The notes under the pieces are model-generated. The model saw nothing but the letters and a program-made list of their open reading frames with translations. It did no database searches and was not told where the DNA came from. Positions 42,262 to 54,000 of a DNA stretch of 64,000 nucleotides are shown piece by piece (within the stretch, counting starts at the first letter, position 1; every line of letters begins with the position of its first letter). Both the position numbers and the translations under genes were made by a program. The DNA lies in contig OZ024742.1 of the NCBI GenBank assembly GCA_964016885.1, positions 13,392,001-13,456,000 on the forward strand, given 5' to 3'. The stretch comes from Eledone cirrhosa (Eukaryota).

Positions 42262-42262
<1 letters not shown>
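42054..42262 (+). mobile_element. Family-A fold-back element, copy 3 (64-bp arms, 3-nt spacer)
   Basis: Arms 42054-42117 / 42121-42184; contains the hammerhead 3' half GAAACGGCT-TGAGCTC-AGCTGTC (42143-42165); (TA)n at both ends. Confidence 0.87.
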
Positions 42263-42299
<37 letters not shown>

Positions 42300-42459
42300 T
42301 ATATAAGAAACTGAGGTTTATTTTAATGAAAGAAAACGAGATGTCCTACATAAGTGATAGTATAAGGAAAAGAGATGAAAAAGACTCCAAGTGCATATTC
42401 GATTTCATATTTTTTCCTTATACATATATACATATATATATACACACACACACACACAC

Positions 42460-42526
<67 letters not shown>

Positions 42527-42527
42527 C

Positions 42528-42568
<41 letters not shown>

Positions 42569-42694
42569 TAATATATATATGTGTGTGTGTGTGTGCGTGT
42601 GTGTGTGTGTGTGTAGGAGGTGAGTTTTATTGTAGCAACAATAAAGCAATGGAAATATCGGATAAGTACCACTCAACAGTTTAATGGACTGGAG

Positions 42695-42757
42695 TATATA
42701 TAAGAAGAAATTAAGATGGTTAAAAAAGTTCCATCTTTTAATTTCTTCTTATATATA
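42695..42757. repeat. Short inverted repeat merging into (TA)n
   Basis: TATATATAAGAAGAAATTAAGATGG pairs with CCATCTTTTAATTTCTTCTTATATATA. Confidence 0.7.
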
Positions 42758-42773
42758 TATATATATATATATA

Positions 42774-42961
42774 ACGAAGGAAATGTGGTAAGGAACCAGG
42801 TGGACCATAACGCACCAAAGTACTCAATAGTAGAGTGGGTAATAAGAACGAGTAGGACGCCGACGGCTGAGCTCAAGCCGTTTCGAAGGCTAATTCTGGG
42901 CTCTCAGTCCAGAATTAGCCGTCGAAGCGGCTTGAGCTCAGCCGTCGTGCTCCTACTCGTT

Positions 42962-42965
<4 letters not shown>
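42774..42965 (-). mobile_element. Family-A fold-back element, copy 4
   Basis: Same tail and hairpin; substitutions are mirrored in both arms (AACGAGTAGGACGCCGACGG / CCGTCGTGCTCCTACTCGTT); (TA)n at both ends. Confidence 0.85.
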
Positions 42966-43040
<75 letters not shown>

Positions 43041-43120
43041 TGACACAGGAACTACCGACCAAATAATATTTGGTACCAATGGGCTAAAGACATCAAATCA
43101 ATTAGTGGTGAAGGCGGTGT

Positions 43121-43175
<55 letters not shown>

Positions 43176-43388
43176 CACATATATATATATAAATTATTTA
43201 GGTTTGTTGCTTTACCACTGGATAGAACTGGTCATTCCGTATGGTCAACATTGATGTAATATTAGGGAGAGCACTCGACGTTATACAACTCACCCGTCTT
43301 CGTTTGTGTAGTTGGTGGTGCGAGTACGGAGTTAATTATTATATAATAATAGGAAGCTGTACTGGTGTAATTCCTTAAATGGCTTATT

Positions 43389-43446
43389 ATACTATGATCA
43401 TTTCAATGACAGGGTTCAGTGTGAATTCGGTGACATCATCAGGTAT
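43389..43446 (-). ncRNA. Degenerate hammerhead ribozyme motif
   Basis: Minus strand reads ATAC-CTGATGA-[imperfect stem II]-GAAA-TGATC-ATA/GTAT with palindromic ATGATCAT. The downstream tail shares CGTCGAGTGCTC with the 28.7-kb element. Confidence 0.5.
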
Positions 43447-43558
43447 TCGAAATATAACAAAGGAATATAATAGACAAAATCCATGGGGCTGAAAATCAGA
43501 GACATGAGGGCGACTGAACATTTAGCAGCTTCTACGCTGGTCGGCCGCCCTCAAGTGG

Positions 43559-43590
<32 letters not shown>

Positions 43591-43612
43591 TCAGTGAGTT
43601 TGAAAGACCAAA

Positions 43613-44757
43613 GGTCATTATTGAAAGTCTCTGGATTCTACAAAATACATAATATCTTTTATTGGAGAAGGTAAGATATTTTCCCGCAAAAATTTGATTG
43701 CATTGTTTTGTTTCAACTTATGTATTTTTTAAAACTGTTATTTATTCATTATAAAAATTAAATGATAGCATTCTATATGTAGGTGGGCCCTCTTCATCTG
43801 GCAACCATTATTTTTAGACCTAGTCCGCCTCTGTATATATATATATATATATATAATGCCAATCATTGTATGTTTGAATCTAACTGACATGAAAAAATAT
43901 ATATATAGGAATAAAGTAAGCCCAAATCATAGTAGATTCAAATATCACAGAGAGAAAGAGAGAGGGAGGTGAGGTGCAACTGAAATGAAACATGGATTAC
44001 AGGTTAAAGTATAGTATAGATAGATGTGAATCAAAACGAGGATGTAGTTTATGGAACACCCAAATGATTTAGAAGTTGACCTTAAGTAGGAGCAATAACA
44101 TTAAGAAAGACATAAACGATCCACATCACATAGTTTTGAAAATTTTAAAGGTAGGTTTATAAGTATGAATTTTCATAAGATTTTCGTAGATGTCTCTGTG
44201 GCCTAGCGGTAGGTACTACAGACGATGGAGATCCGGGCCTTGGGTTCGATCCTGGTCAATAGAAGCATGAAACTGTTTTTTCTATTTTTATTTTACAACC
44301 AATAGAAAAAAACTGAAAATGTCTATCGGGAAACCTACTCCTGACCAGGATCGATCTTCAGCGTCTCTGATTCATCCAACTAGGCCACCGAGACAGCTAC
44401 AAAAGAAACATGAAACTTGATAATTATAAACCTACTTTCAAAATTCCAGTGGTGTCGTTTCAGGCTTTCCTAGAGCTATTAGTAATATATAGGGTCGACT
44501 TCTGGTCATTATTGAAAGTCTCTGGATTCCACAAAATACATAATAATTTTTATTGGAGAAGGTAAAATAATTTGATTGCACTGTTTTGTTTCCACTTATG
44601 TATTTTTCGAAAATCTTATTTATTCATTATAAAAATTAAATGATAGTATTCTATATGCCCCCTTCATTCTAAATGTAGATGGGAGCCCTTCATTCTATAT
44701 GTAGGTGGACCCATTTATTCTAAATGTAGGTGGATCCTCTTCATCTCCTGGCAACCA
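43613..44757. repeat. Pair of diverged ~200-250-bp direct repeats (43613-43808 and 44504-44757)
   Basis: GGTCATTATTGAAAGTCTCTGGATT...GGCAACCA occurs twice, starts 891 bp apart; the second copy has an internal ~24-bp tandem expansion. Confidence 0.85.
44140..44445. mobile_element. MITE-like fold-back with tRNA-related sequence in both inverted arms
   Basis: Left arm has A-box TGGCCTAGCGG (44199) and B-box GGTTCGATCC (44243). Right arm has the reverse complements TGACCAGGATCGA (44342) and CTAGGCCACCGAGAC (44380). Outer ends GTAGGTTTATAA / TTATAAACCTAC. Confidence 0.7.
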
Positions 44758-45059
44758 ATATTTAAATATATAGTCATATATATGGATATTTAAATATATA
44801 GTCATATAGTGGTGAGTGTCGTTTCGTGTGTGTGAGTGTATGATTGTGTATGTATATGTTTTACTGTGTACATTTAAATCATAAACTCCAGAGATTATTT
44901 TAAATCCACATGCCAGGGCCATCGCTAATTCTTTTTTCTCCATTCATTCTCCGTTAATATGGAAACTTCGTTTTCAGACAGCTGCTTGCTTTTTTTTGTT
45001 GTAGATCCTATTGTTATTAATGTTGTTGATTTCTTGACAGTGGCGGTAGTGGTGTTACG

Positions 45060-48000
45060 GTTTATATTGTTATACAGTGGTAGTAGTGGTGGTTTTGATG
45101 TTGTTCTTAGTGTTGCTGTTGTATTGTGAAGTTGTTATTATTGTTGTTGTTACGGTTGTTATTGTATTGTGGTGGAGTTGGTGTTATTGTTGTTGTTACT
45201 GTTGTTGTTGTATTGTGGTGAAGTTGGTGTTATTGTTGCTGTTACTCTTGTTGTTGTATTGTGGTGGAGTTGGTGTTATTGTTGTTGTTGTTGTATTGTG
45301 AAGGAGTTAGTGTTATTGTTGTTGTTACTGTTGTTGTTGTATTGTGGAGTTGGTGTTATTGTTATTGTTACTGTTGTTGTTGTATTGTAGTGGAGTTGGT
45401 GTTATTGCTGTTGTTACTGTTGTTATTGTATTGTGGTGGATTTGGTGTTATTGTTGTTGTTGTATTGAGGTGGAGGTGGTGTTATTGTTGTTGTTATTGT
45501 TGTTGTTGTAACGTGGTGAAGTTGGTGTTACTGTTGTTGTATTGTGGTGGAGTTGTTGTTATTGTTGATATTACTGTTGTTGTTGTATTGTGGTGGAGTT
45601 GTTGTTATTGTTGTTGTTACTCTTGTTGTTGTATTGTGGTGGAGTTGGTGTTATTGTTGTTGTTACTGTTGTTGTGGTATTGTGGTGGAGTTGGTGTTAT
45701 TGTTGTTGTTACTGTTGTTGTGGTATTGTGGTGGAGTTGGTGTTATTGTTGTTGTTACTGTTGTTTTCATATTGTGGAGAAGTTGGTGTTATTGTTGTTG
45801 TTACTGTTGTTGTTGTATTGTGGTGGAGTTGGTGTTATTGTTGTTATTATTGTTGTTGTATTGTGGTGGAGTTAGTGTTATTGTTGTTGTTGTATTGTGG
45901 TGGAGTTGTTGTTATTGTTGTTGTTACTCTTGTTGTTGTATTGTGGTGGAGTTGGTGTTATTGTTGTTGTTACTGTTGTTGTGGTATTGTGGTGGAGTTG
46001 GTGTTATTGTAGTTGTTACTGTTGTTTTTAAATTGTGGTGGAGTTGTTGTTATTGTTGTTGTTACTGTTGTTGTTGTATTGTGGTGAAGTTGGTGTTATT
46101 GTTGTTGTTATTGTTGTTGTTGTATTGTGGTGGATTTGGTGTTAATGTTGTTGTTATTGTTGTTATTGTATTGTGGTAGAGTTGGTGTTAATGTTGTTTT
46201 TGTATTGTGGTGGAGAGGGTGTAATTGTTGTTGTTATTGTTATTGTACTATTGTGGGTGGAGTTGGTGTTATTGTTGTTGTTGTTGTATTGCGGTCGAGT
46301 TGGTGTTATAGTTGTTGTTGCTCTTGTTGTAGTATTGTGGTGAAGTTGTTGTTATTGTTGTTGTTACTTCTGTTGTTGTTGTATTGTGGTTGTGTTGGTT
46401 TTATTGTTGTTGTTGTATTGTAGTCGAGTTGGTGTTATTGTTGTTGTTACTATTGTTGTTGTATTGTGGTTGAGTTGGTGTTATTGTTGTTGTTGTATTG
46501 TGGTGGAGTTGGTGTAATTGTTGTTGTATTGTGGTGGAGTCGAAGTTAATTTTGTTGTTATTGTTGTTGTTGTATTGTATTGTGGTTGTATTGTTGTTGT
46601 TACTGTTGTTGTATTGTGGTGAAGTTGGTGTTATTGATGTTGTTACTGCTGTTGTTGTATTGTTGTGAAGTTGGTGTTATTGTTGGTGTTATCGTTGTTG
46701 TTGTATTGTGGTGAAGTTGGTGTTATTGTAGTTGTTACTGTTGTTGATGTATTGTTGAGTTGGTGTTATTGTTATTGTTACTGTTGTTGTTGTATTGTAG
46801 TGGAGTTGGTGTTATTGCTGTTGTTACTGTTGTTGTTGTATTGTGGTGGATTTGGTGTTATTGTTGTTGTTGTATTGTGGTGGAGTTGGTGTTATTGTTG
46901 TTGTTGTATTGTGGTGGAATTTGTGTTATTGTTGTTGTTACTGTTGTTGTTGTATTGTGGAGTTGGTGTTATTGTTGTTGTTACTGTTGTTGTTGTATTG
47001 TAGTGGAGTTGGTGTTATTGCTGTTGTTACTGTTGTTATTGTATTGTGGTGGATTTGGTGTTATTGTTGTTGTTGTATTGTGGTGGAGTTGGTGTTATTG
47101 TTGTTGTTATTGTTGTTGCTGTAACGTGGTGAAGTTGGTGTTATTGTTGTTGTTACTGTTGTTGTTGTATTGTGGTGGAGTTGTTGTTATTGTTGATATT
47201 ACTGTTGTTGTTGTATTGTGCTGGAGTTGTTGTTATTGTTGTTGTTACTCTTGTTGTTGTATTGTGGTGGAGTTGGTGTTATTGTTGTTGTTACTGTTGT
47301 TGTGGATTTGTGGTGGAGTTGGTGTTATTGTTGTTGTTACTGTTGTTGTGGTATTGTGGTGGAGTTGGTGTTATTGTTGTTGTTGCTGTTGTTGTGGTAT
47401 AGTGGTGGAGTTGGTGTTATTGTTGTTGTTACTGTTGTTGTATTGTGGTGAAGTTGGTGTTAATGTTGTTATTATTTCTGTTGTTGTATTGTGGTGGAGT
47501 TAGTGTTATTGTTGTTGTTGTATTGTGATGTAGTTGGTGTTATTGTTGTTGTTACTGTTGTTGTTGTATTGTGGTGAATTTGGTGTTATTGTAGTTGTTA
47601 CTGTTGTTGTTGAATTGTGGTGGAGTTGTTGTTATTGTTGTTGTTACTGTTGTTGTTGTATTGTGGTGAAGTTGGTGTTACTGTTGTTGTTACTGTTGTT
47701 GTTGAATTGTGGTTGAGTTCGTGTTATTGTTATTGTTATTGTTGTTGTTGTATTGTAGTGGCGTTGGTGTTATTGTTGTTGTTACTGTTGTTGTTGTATT
47801 GTGGTGAAGTTGGTGTTATTGTAGTTGTTACTGTTGTTGTTGAATTGTGGTGGAGTTGTTGTTATTGTTGTTGTTACTGTTGTTGTTGTATTGTGGTTAA
47901 GTTGGTGTTATTGTTGTTGTTACTGTTGTTGTTGTATTGTGGTTGAGTTCGTGTTATTGTTATTGTTATTGTTGTTGTTGTATTGTGGTGGCGTTGGTGT

Positions 48001-51000
48001 TATTGTTGTTGTTACTGTTGTTGTTGTATTGTGGTGAAGTTGGTGTTATTGTAGTTGTTACTGTTGTTGTTGAATTGTGGTGGAGTTGTTGTTATTGTTG
48101 TTGTTACTGTTGTTGTTGTATTGTGGTGAAGTTGGTGTTATTGTAGTTGTTACTGTTGTTGTTGAATTGTGGTGGAGTTGTTGTTATTGTTGTTGTTACT
48201 GTTGTTGTTGTATTGTGGTGAAGTTGGTGTTATTGTTGTTGTTATTGTTGTTGTTGTATCGTGGTGGATTTGGTGTTAATGTTGTTGTTATTGTTGTTAT
48301 TGTATTGTGGTGGAGTTGGTGTTAATGTTGTTTTTGTATTGTGGTGGAGATGGTGTTAATGTTGTTTTTGTATTGTAGTCGAGTTGGTGTTATTGTTGTT
48401 GTTACTATTGTTGTTGTATTGTGGTTGAGTTGGTGTTATTGTTGTTGTTGTATTGTGGTGGAGTTGGTGTTATTGCTGTTGTTACTGTTGTTATTGTATT
48501 GTGGTGGATTTGGTGTTATTGTTGTTGTTGTATTGTGGTGGAGTTGGTGTTATTGTTGTTGTTATTGTTGTTGTTGTAACGTGGTGAAGTTGGTGTTATT
48601 GTTGTTGTTACTGTTGTTGTTGTATTGTGGTGGAGTTGTTGTTATTGTTGATATTACTGTTGTTGTTGTATTGTGCTGGAGTTGTTGTTATTGTTGTTGT
48701 TACTCTTGTTGTTGTGTTGTGGTGGAGTTGGTGTTATTGTTGTTGTTACTGTTGTTGTGGATTTGTGGTGGAGTTGGTGTTAATGTTGTTTTTGTATTGT
48801 GGTGGAGATGGTGTTAATGTTGTTTTTGTATTGTAGTCGAGTTGGTGTTATTGTTGTTGTTACTGTTGTCGTATTGTGGTGAAGTTGGTGTTATTGATGT
48901 TGTTACTATTGTTGTTGTATTGTTGTGAAGTTGGTGTTATTGTTGGTGTTATTGTTTTTGTTGTATTGTGGTGGAGTTAGTGTTATTGTTGTTGTTGTAT
49001 TGTGGTGTGGTGGAATTTGTGTTATTGTTGTTGTTACTGTTGTTGTATTGTGGAGTTGGTGTTATTGTTATTGTTACTGTTGTTGCTGTATTGTAGTGGA
49101 GTTGGTGTTATTGCTGTTGTTACTGTTGTTATTGTATTGTGGTGGATTTGGTGTTATTGTTGTTGTTGTATTGTGCTGGAGTTGTTGTTATTGTTGTTGT
49201 TACTCTTGTTGTTGTATTGTGGTGGAGTTGGTGTTATTGTTGTTGTTACTGTTGTTGTGGATTTGTGGTGGAGTTGGTGTTATTGTTGTTGTTACTGTTG
49301 TTGTGGTATTGTGGTGGAGTTGGTGTTATTGTTGTTGTTGCTGTTGTTGTGGTATAGTGGTGGAGTTGGTGTTATTGTTGTTGTTACTGTTGTTGTATTG
49401 TGGTGAAGTTGGTGTTAATGTTGTTATTATTTTTGTTGTTGTATTGTGGTGGAGTTAGTGCTATTGTTGTTGTTGTATTGTGATGGAGTTGGTGTTATTG
49501 TTGTTGTTACTGTTGTTGTTGTATTGTGGTGAATTTCGTGTTATTGTAGTTGTTACTGTTGTTGTTGAATTGTGGTGGAGTTGTTGTTATTGTTGTTGTT
49601 ACTGTTGTTGTTGTATTGTGGTGAAGTTGGTGTTACTGTTGTTGTTACTGTTGTTGTTGAATTGTGGTTGAGTTCGTGTTATTGTTATTGTTATTGTTGT
49701 TGTTGTATTGTAGTGGCGTTGGTGTTATTGTTGTTGTTACTGTTGTTGTTGTATTGTGGTGAAGTTGGTGTTATTGTAGTTGTTACTGTTGTTGTTGAAT
49801 TGTGGTGGAGTTGTTGTTATTGTTGTTGTTACTGTTGTTGTTGTATTGTGGTTAAGTTGGTGTTATTGTTGTTGTTACTGTTGTTGTTGTATTGTGGTTG
49901 AGTTCGTGTTATTGTTATTGTTATTGTTGTTGTTGTATTGTGGTGGCGTTGGTGTTATTGTTGTTGTTACTGTTGTTGTTGTATTGTGGTGAAGTTGGTG
50001 TTATTGTAGTTGTTACTGTTGTTGTTGAATTGTGGTGGAGTTGTTGTTATTGTTGTTGTTACTGTTGTTGTTGTATTGTGGTGAAGTTGGTGTTATTGTA
50101 GTTGTTACTGTTGTTGTTGAATTGTGGTGGAGTTGTTGTTATTGTTGTTGTTACTGCTGTTGTTGTATTGTGGTGAAGTTGGTGTTATTGTTGTTGTTAT
50201 TGTTGTTGTTGTATCGTGGTGGATTTGGTGTTAATGTTGTTGTTATTGTTGTTATTGTATTGTGGTGGAGTTGGTGTTAATGTTGTTTTTGTATTGTGGT
50301 GGAGATGGTGTTAATGTTGTTTTTGTATTGTAGTCGAGTTGGTGTTATTGTTGTTGTTACTATTGTTGTTGTATTGTGGTTGAGTTGGTGTTATTGTTGT
50401 TGTTGTATTGTGGTGGAGTTGGTGTTATTGCTGTTGTTACTGTTGTTATTGTATTGTGGTGGATTTGGTGTTATTGTTGTTGTTGTATTGTGGTGGAGTT
50501 GGTGTTATTGTTGTTGTTATTGTTGTTGTTGTAACGTGGTGAAGTTGGTGTTATTGTTGTTGTTACTGTTGTTGTTGTATTGTGGTGGAGTTGTTGTTAT
50601 TGTTGATATTACTGTTGTTGTTGTATTGTGCTGGAGTTGTTGTTATTGTTGTTGTTACTCTTGTTGTTGTATTGTGGTGGAGTTGGTGTTATTGTTGTTG
50701 CTACTGTTGTTGTGGATTTGTGGTGGAGTTGGTGTTAATGTTGTTTTTGTATTGTGGTGGAGATGGTGTTAATGTTGTTTTTGTATTGTAGTCGAGTTGG
50801 TGTTATTGTTGTTGTTACTGTTGTCGTATTGTGGTGAAGTTGGTGTTATTGATGTTGTTACTATTGTTGTTGTATTGTTGTGAAGTTGGTGTTATTGTTG
50901 GTGTTATTGTTGTTGTTGTATTGTGGTGGAGTTAGTGTTATTGTTGTTGTTGTATTGTGGTGTGGTGGAATTTGTGTTATTGTTGTTGTTACTGTTGTTG

Positions 51001-54000
51001 TATTGTGGAGTTGGTGTTATTGTTATTGTTACTGTTGTTGCTGTATTGTAGTGGAGTTGGTGTTATTGCTGTTGTTACTGTTGTTATTGTATTGTGGTGG
51101 ATTTGGTGTTATTGTTGTTGTTGTATTGTGGTGGAGTTGGTGTTATTGTTGTTGTTATTGTTGTTGTTGTAACGTGGTGAAGTTGGTGTTACTGTTGTTG
51201 TTGTATTATGGTGGAGTTGGTGTTATTGTTGTTGTTGCTGTTGTTGTGGTATAGTGGTGGAGTTGGTGTTATTGTTGTTGTTACTGTTGTTGTATCGTGG
51301 TGAAGTTGGTGTTAATGTTGTTGTTATTTTTGTTGTTGTATTGTGGTGGAGTTAGTGTTATTGTTGTTGTTATTGTTGTTGTTGTATTGTGATGGAGTTG
51401 GTGTTATTGTTGTTGTTACTGTTGTTGTTGTATTGTGGTGGCGTTGGTGTTATTGTTGTTGTTACTGTTGTTGTTGTATTGTGGTGAAGTTGGTGTTATT
51501 GTAGTTGTTAATGTTGTTGTTGAATTGTGGTGGAGTTGTTGTTATTGTTGTTGTTACTGTGGTTGTTGTATTGTGGTGAAGTTGGTGTTATTGTTGTTGT
51601 TACTATTGTTGTTGCATTGTGGTGGATTTGGTGTTAATGTTGTTGTTATTGTTGTTATTGTATTGTGGGTGAGTTGGTGTTAATGTTGTTTTTGTATTGT
51701 GGTGGAGATGGTGTAATTGTTGTTGCTCTTGTTGTTGCATTATGGTGAAGTTGTTGTTATTGTTGTTGTTACTTTTGTTGTTGTTGTATTGTGGTTGTGT
51801 TGCTTTTATTGTTGCTGTTGTATTGTAGTCGAGTTGGTGTTATTGTTGCTGTTAGTATTGTTGTTCTACTGTGGTTGAGTTGGTGTTATTGTTGTTGTTG
51901 TAACGTGGTGGAGTTGGTGTTATTGTTGTTGTTACTGTTGTTGTTGTATTGCGGTGGAGTCGATGTTAATTTTGTTGTTATTGTTGTTGTTGTATTGTAT
52001 TGTGGTTGTTGTTGTATTGTGGTGGAGTCGATGTTAATTTTGTTGTTATTTTTGTTGTTGTATCGTATTGTGGTTGTATTGTTGTTGTTATTGTTGTTGT
52101 TGTATTGTGGTGGATTTTGTGTTATTGTTGTTGTTATTGTTGTTGTATTGTGGTGGAATTTGTGTTATTGTTGTTGTTATTATTGCTGTTATATTGTGGT
52201 GAAGTTGGTCTTATTGTAGTTGTTACTGTTGTTGTTGTATTGTGGTGAAGTTGGTGTAATTGTTGTTGTTATTGTTGTTGTTGTATTGTGGTGGAGATAG
52301 TGTTATTGTTGTTGTTATTGTTGTTGTTGTATTGTGGTTGAATTTGTGTTATTGTTGTTGTTATTGTTGTTGTTGTATTGCGCTGGAGTTGGTGTTATTG
52401 TTGTTGTTACTAGTGTTGTTGTATTGTGGCGGAGTTGGTGTTAATTTTTGTTATTGTTGTTGTTGTATTGTGCCGAAGTTGGTGTTATTGTTGTTGTTAC
52501 TGTTGTTGTTGTATTGTGGTGAAGTTGGTGTTACTGTTGTTGTTATTGTTGTTGTATTCTGGTGGAGTTGGTGATATTGTTGTTGTTACTGTTGTTTTTG
52601 TAGTGTGGTGGAGTTGTTGTTATTGTTGTTGTTATTGTTGTTGATGTATTGTGGTGGAGATGGTGTTATTGTTGTTGTTACTGTTGTTGTTGTTTTGTGG
52701 TGAAGTTGGTGTTATTATTGTTGTTACTGTTGTCGTATTGTGGTGGAGTTGTTATTGATGTTGTTACTGTTGTTGTTGTTGTATTGTGCTGGAGTTGATG
52801 TTTTTGTTTTTGTATTGTGGTGGCGTTGGTCTTATTGTTGTCGTTGTATTGTGGTGGAGTTGGTGTTATTGTTGTTGTTACTGTTGTTGTATTGTGGTGA
52901 AGTTGGTGTTATTGATGTTGTTACTATTGTTGTTGTATTGTTGTGAAGTTGGTGTTATTGTTGGTGTTATTGTTGTTGTTGTATTGTGGTGGAGTTAGTG
53001 TTATTGTTGTTGTTGTATTGTGGTGTGGTGGAATTTGTGTTATTGTTATTGTTACTGTTGTTGCTGTATTGTAGTGGAGTTGGTGTTATTGCTGTTGTTA
53101 CTGTTGTTATTGTATTGTGGTGGATTTGGTGTTATTGTTGTTGTTGTATTGTGGTGGAGTTGGTGTTATTGTTGTTGTTATTGTTGTTGTTGTAACATGT
53201 AGAAGTCGGTGTTACTGTTGTTGTTGTATTGTGGTGGAGTTGGTGTTATTGTTGTTGTTGCTGTTGTTGTGGTATAGTGGTGGAGTTGGTGTTATTGTTG
53301 TTGTTACTGTTGTTGTATTGTGGTGAAGTTGGTGTTAATGTTGTTGTTATTTTTGTTGTTGTATTGTGGTGGAGTTAGTGTTATTGTTGTTGTTATTGTT
53401 GTTGTTGTATTGTGGTGGCGTTGGTGTTATTGTTGTTGCTACTGTTGATGTTGTATTGAGGTGAAGTTGGTGTTATTGTAGTTGTTAATGTTGTTGTTGA
53501 ATTGTGGTGGAGTTGTTGTTATTGTTGTTGTTACTGTGGTTGTTGTGTTGTGGTGGATTTGGTGTTAATGTTGTTGTTATTGTTGTTATTGTATTGTGGG
53601 GGAGTTGGTGTTAATGTTGTTTTTGTATTGTGGTGGAGATGGTGTAATTGTTGTTGTTATTGTTATTGTTCTATTGTGGGTGGTGTTGGTGTTATTGTTG
53701 TTGTTGTATTGTGGTTGAGTTTCTGTTTTTGTTGGTGTTGTTGTATTGCGGTCGAGTTGGTGTTACTGTTGTTGTTACTGTTGTTGTTGTATTGTGGTGG
53801 AGTTGGTGTTATTGTTGTTGTTACTATTGTTGTTCTATTGTGGGTGGAGTTGGTGTTATTGTTGTTGTTGTATTGTGGTTGAGTTTGTGTTTTTGTTTGT
53901 GTTGTTGTATTGCGGTCGACTTTGTGTTATAATTGTTGTTGCTCTTGTTGTTGTATTGTGGTGAAGTTGTTGTTATTGTTTTTGTTACTTTAGTTGTTGT

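Noticed and set aside
44192-44260. Functional tRNA gene
   Set aside because: A and B boxes are present, but the acceptor and anticodon stems do not pair convincingly; treated as tRNA-derived.
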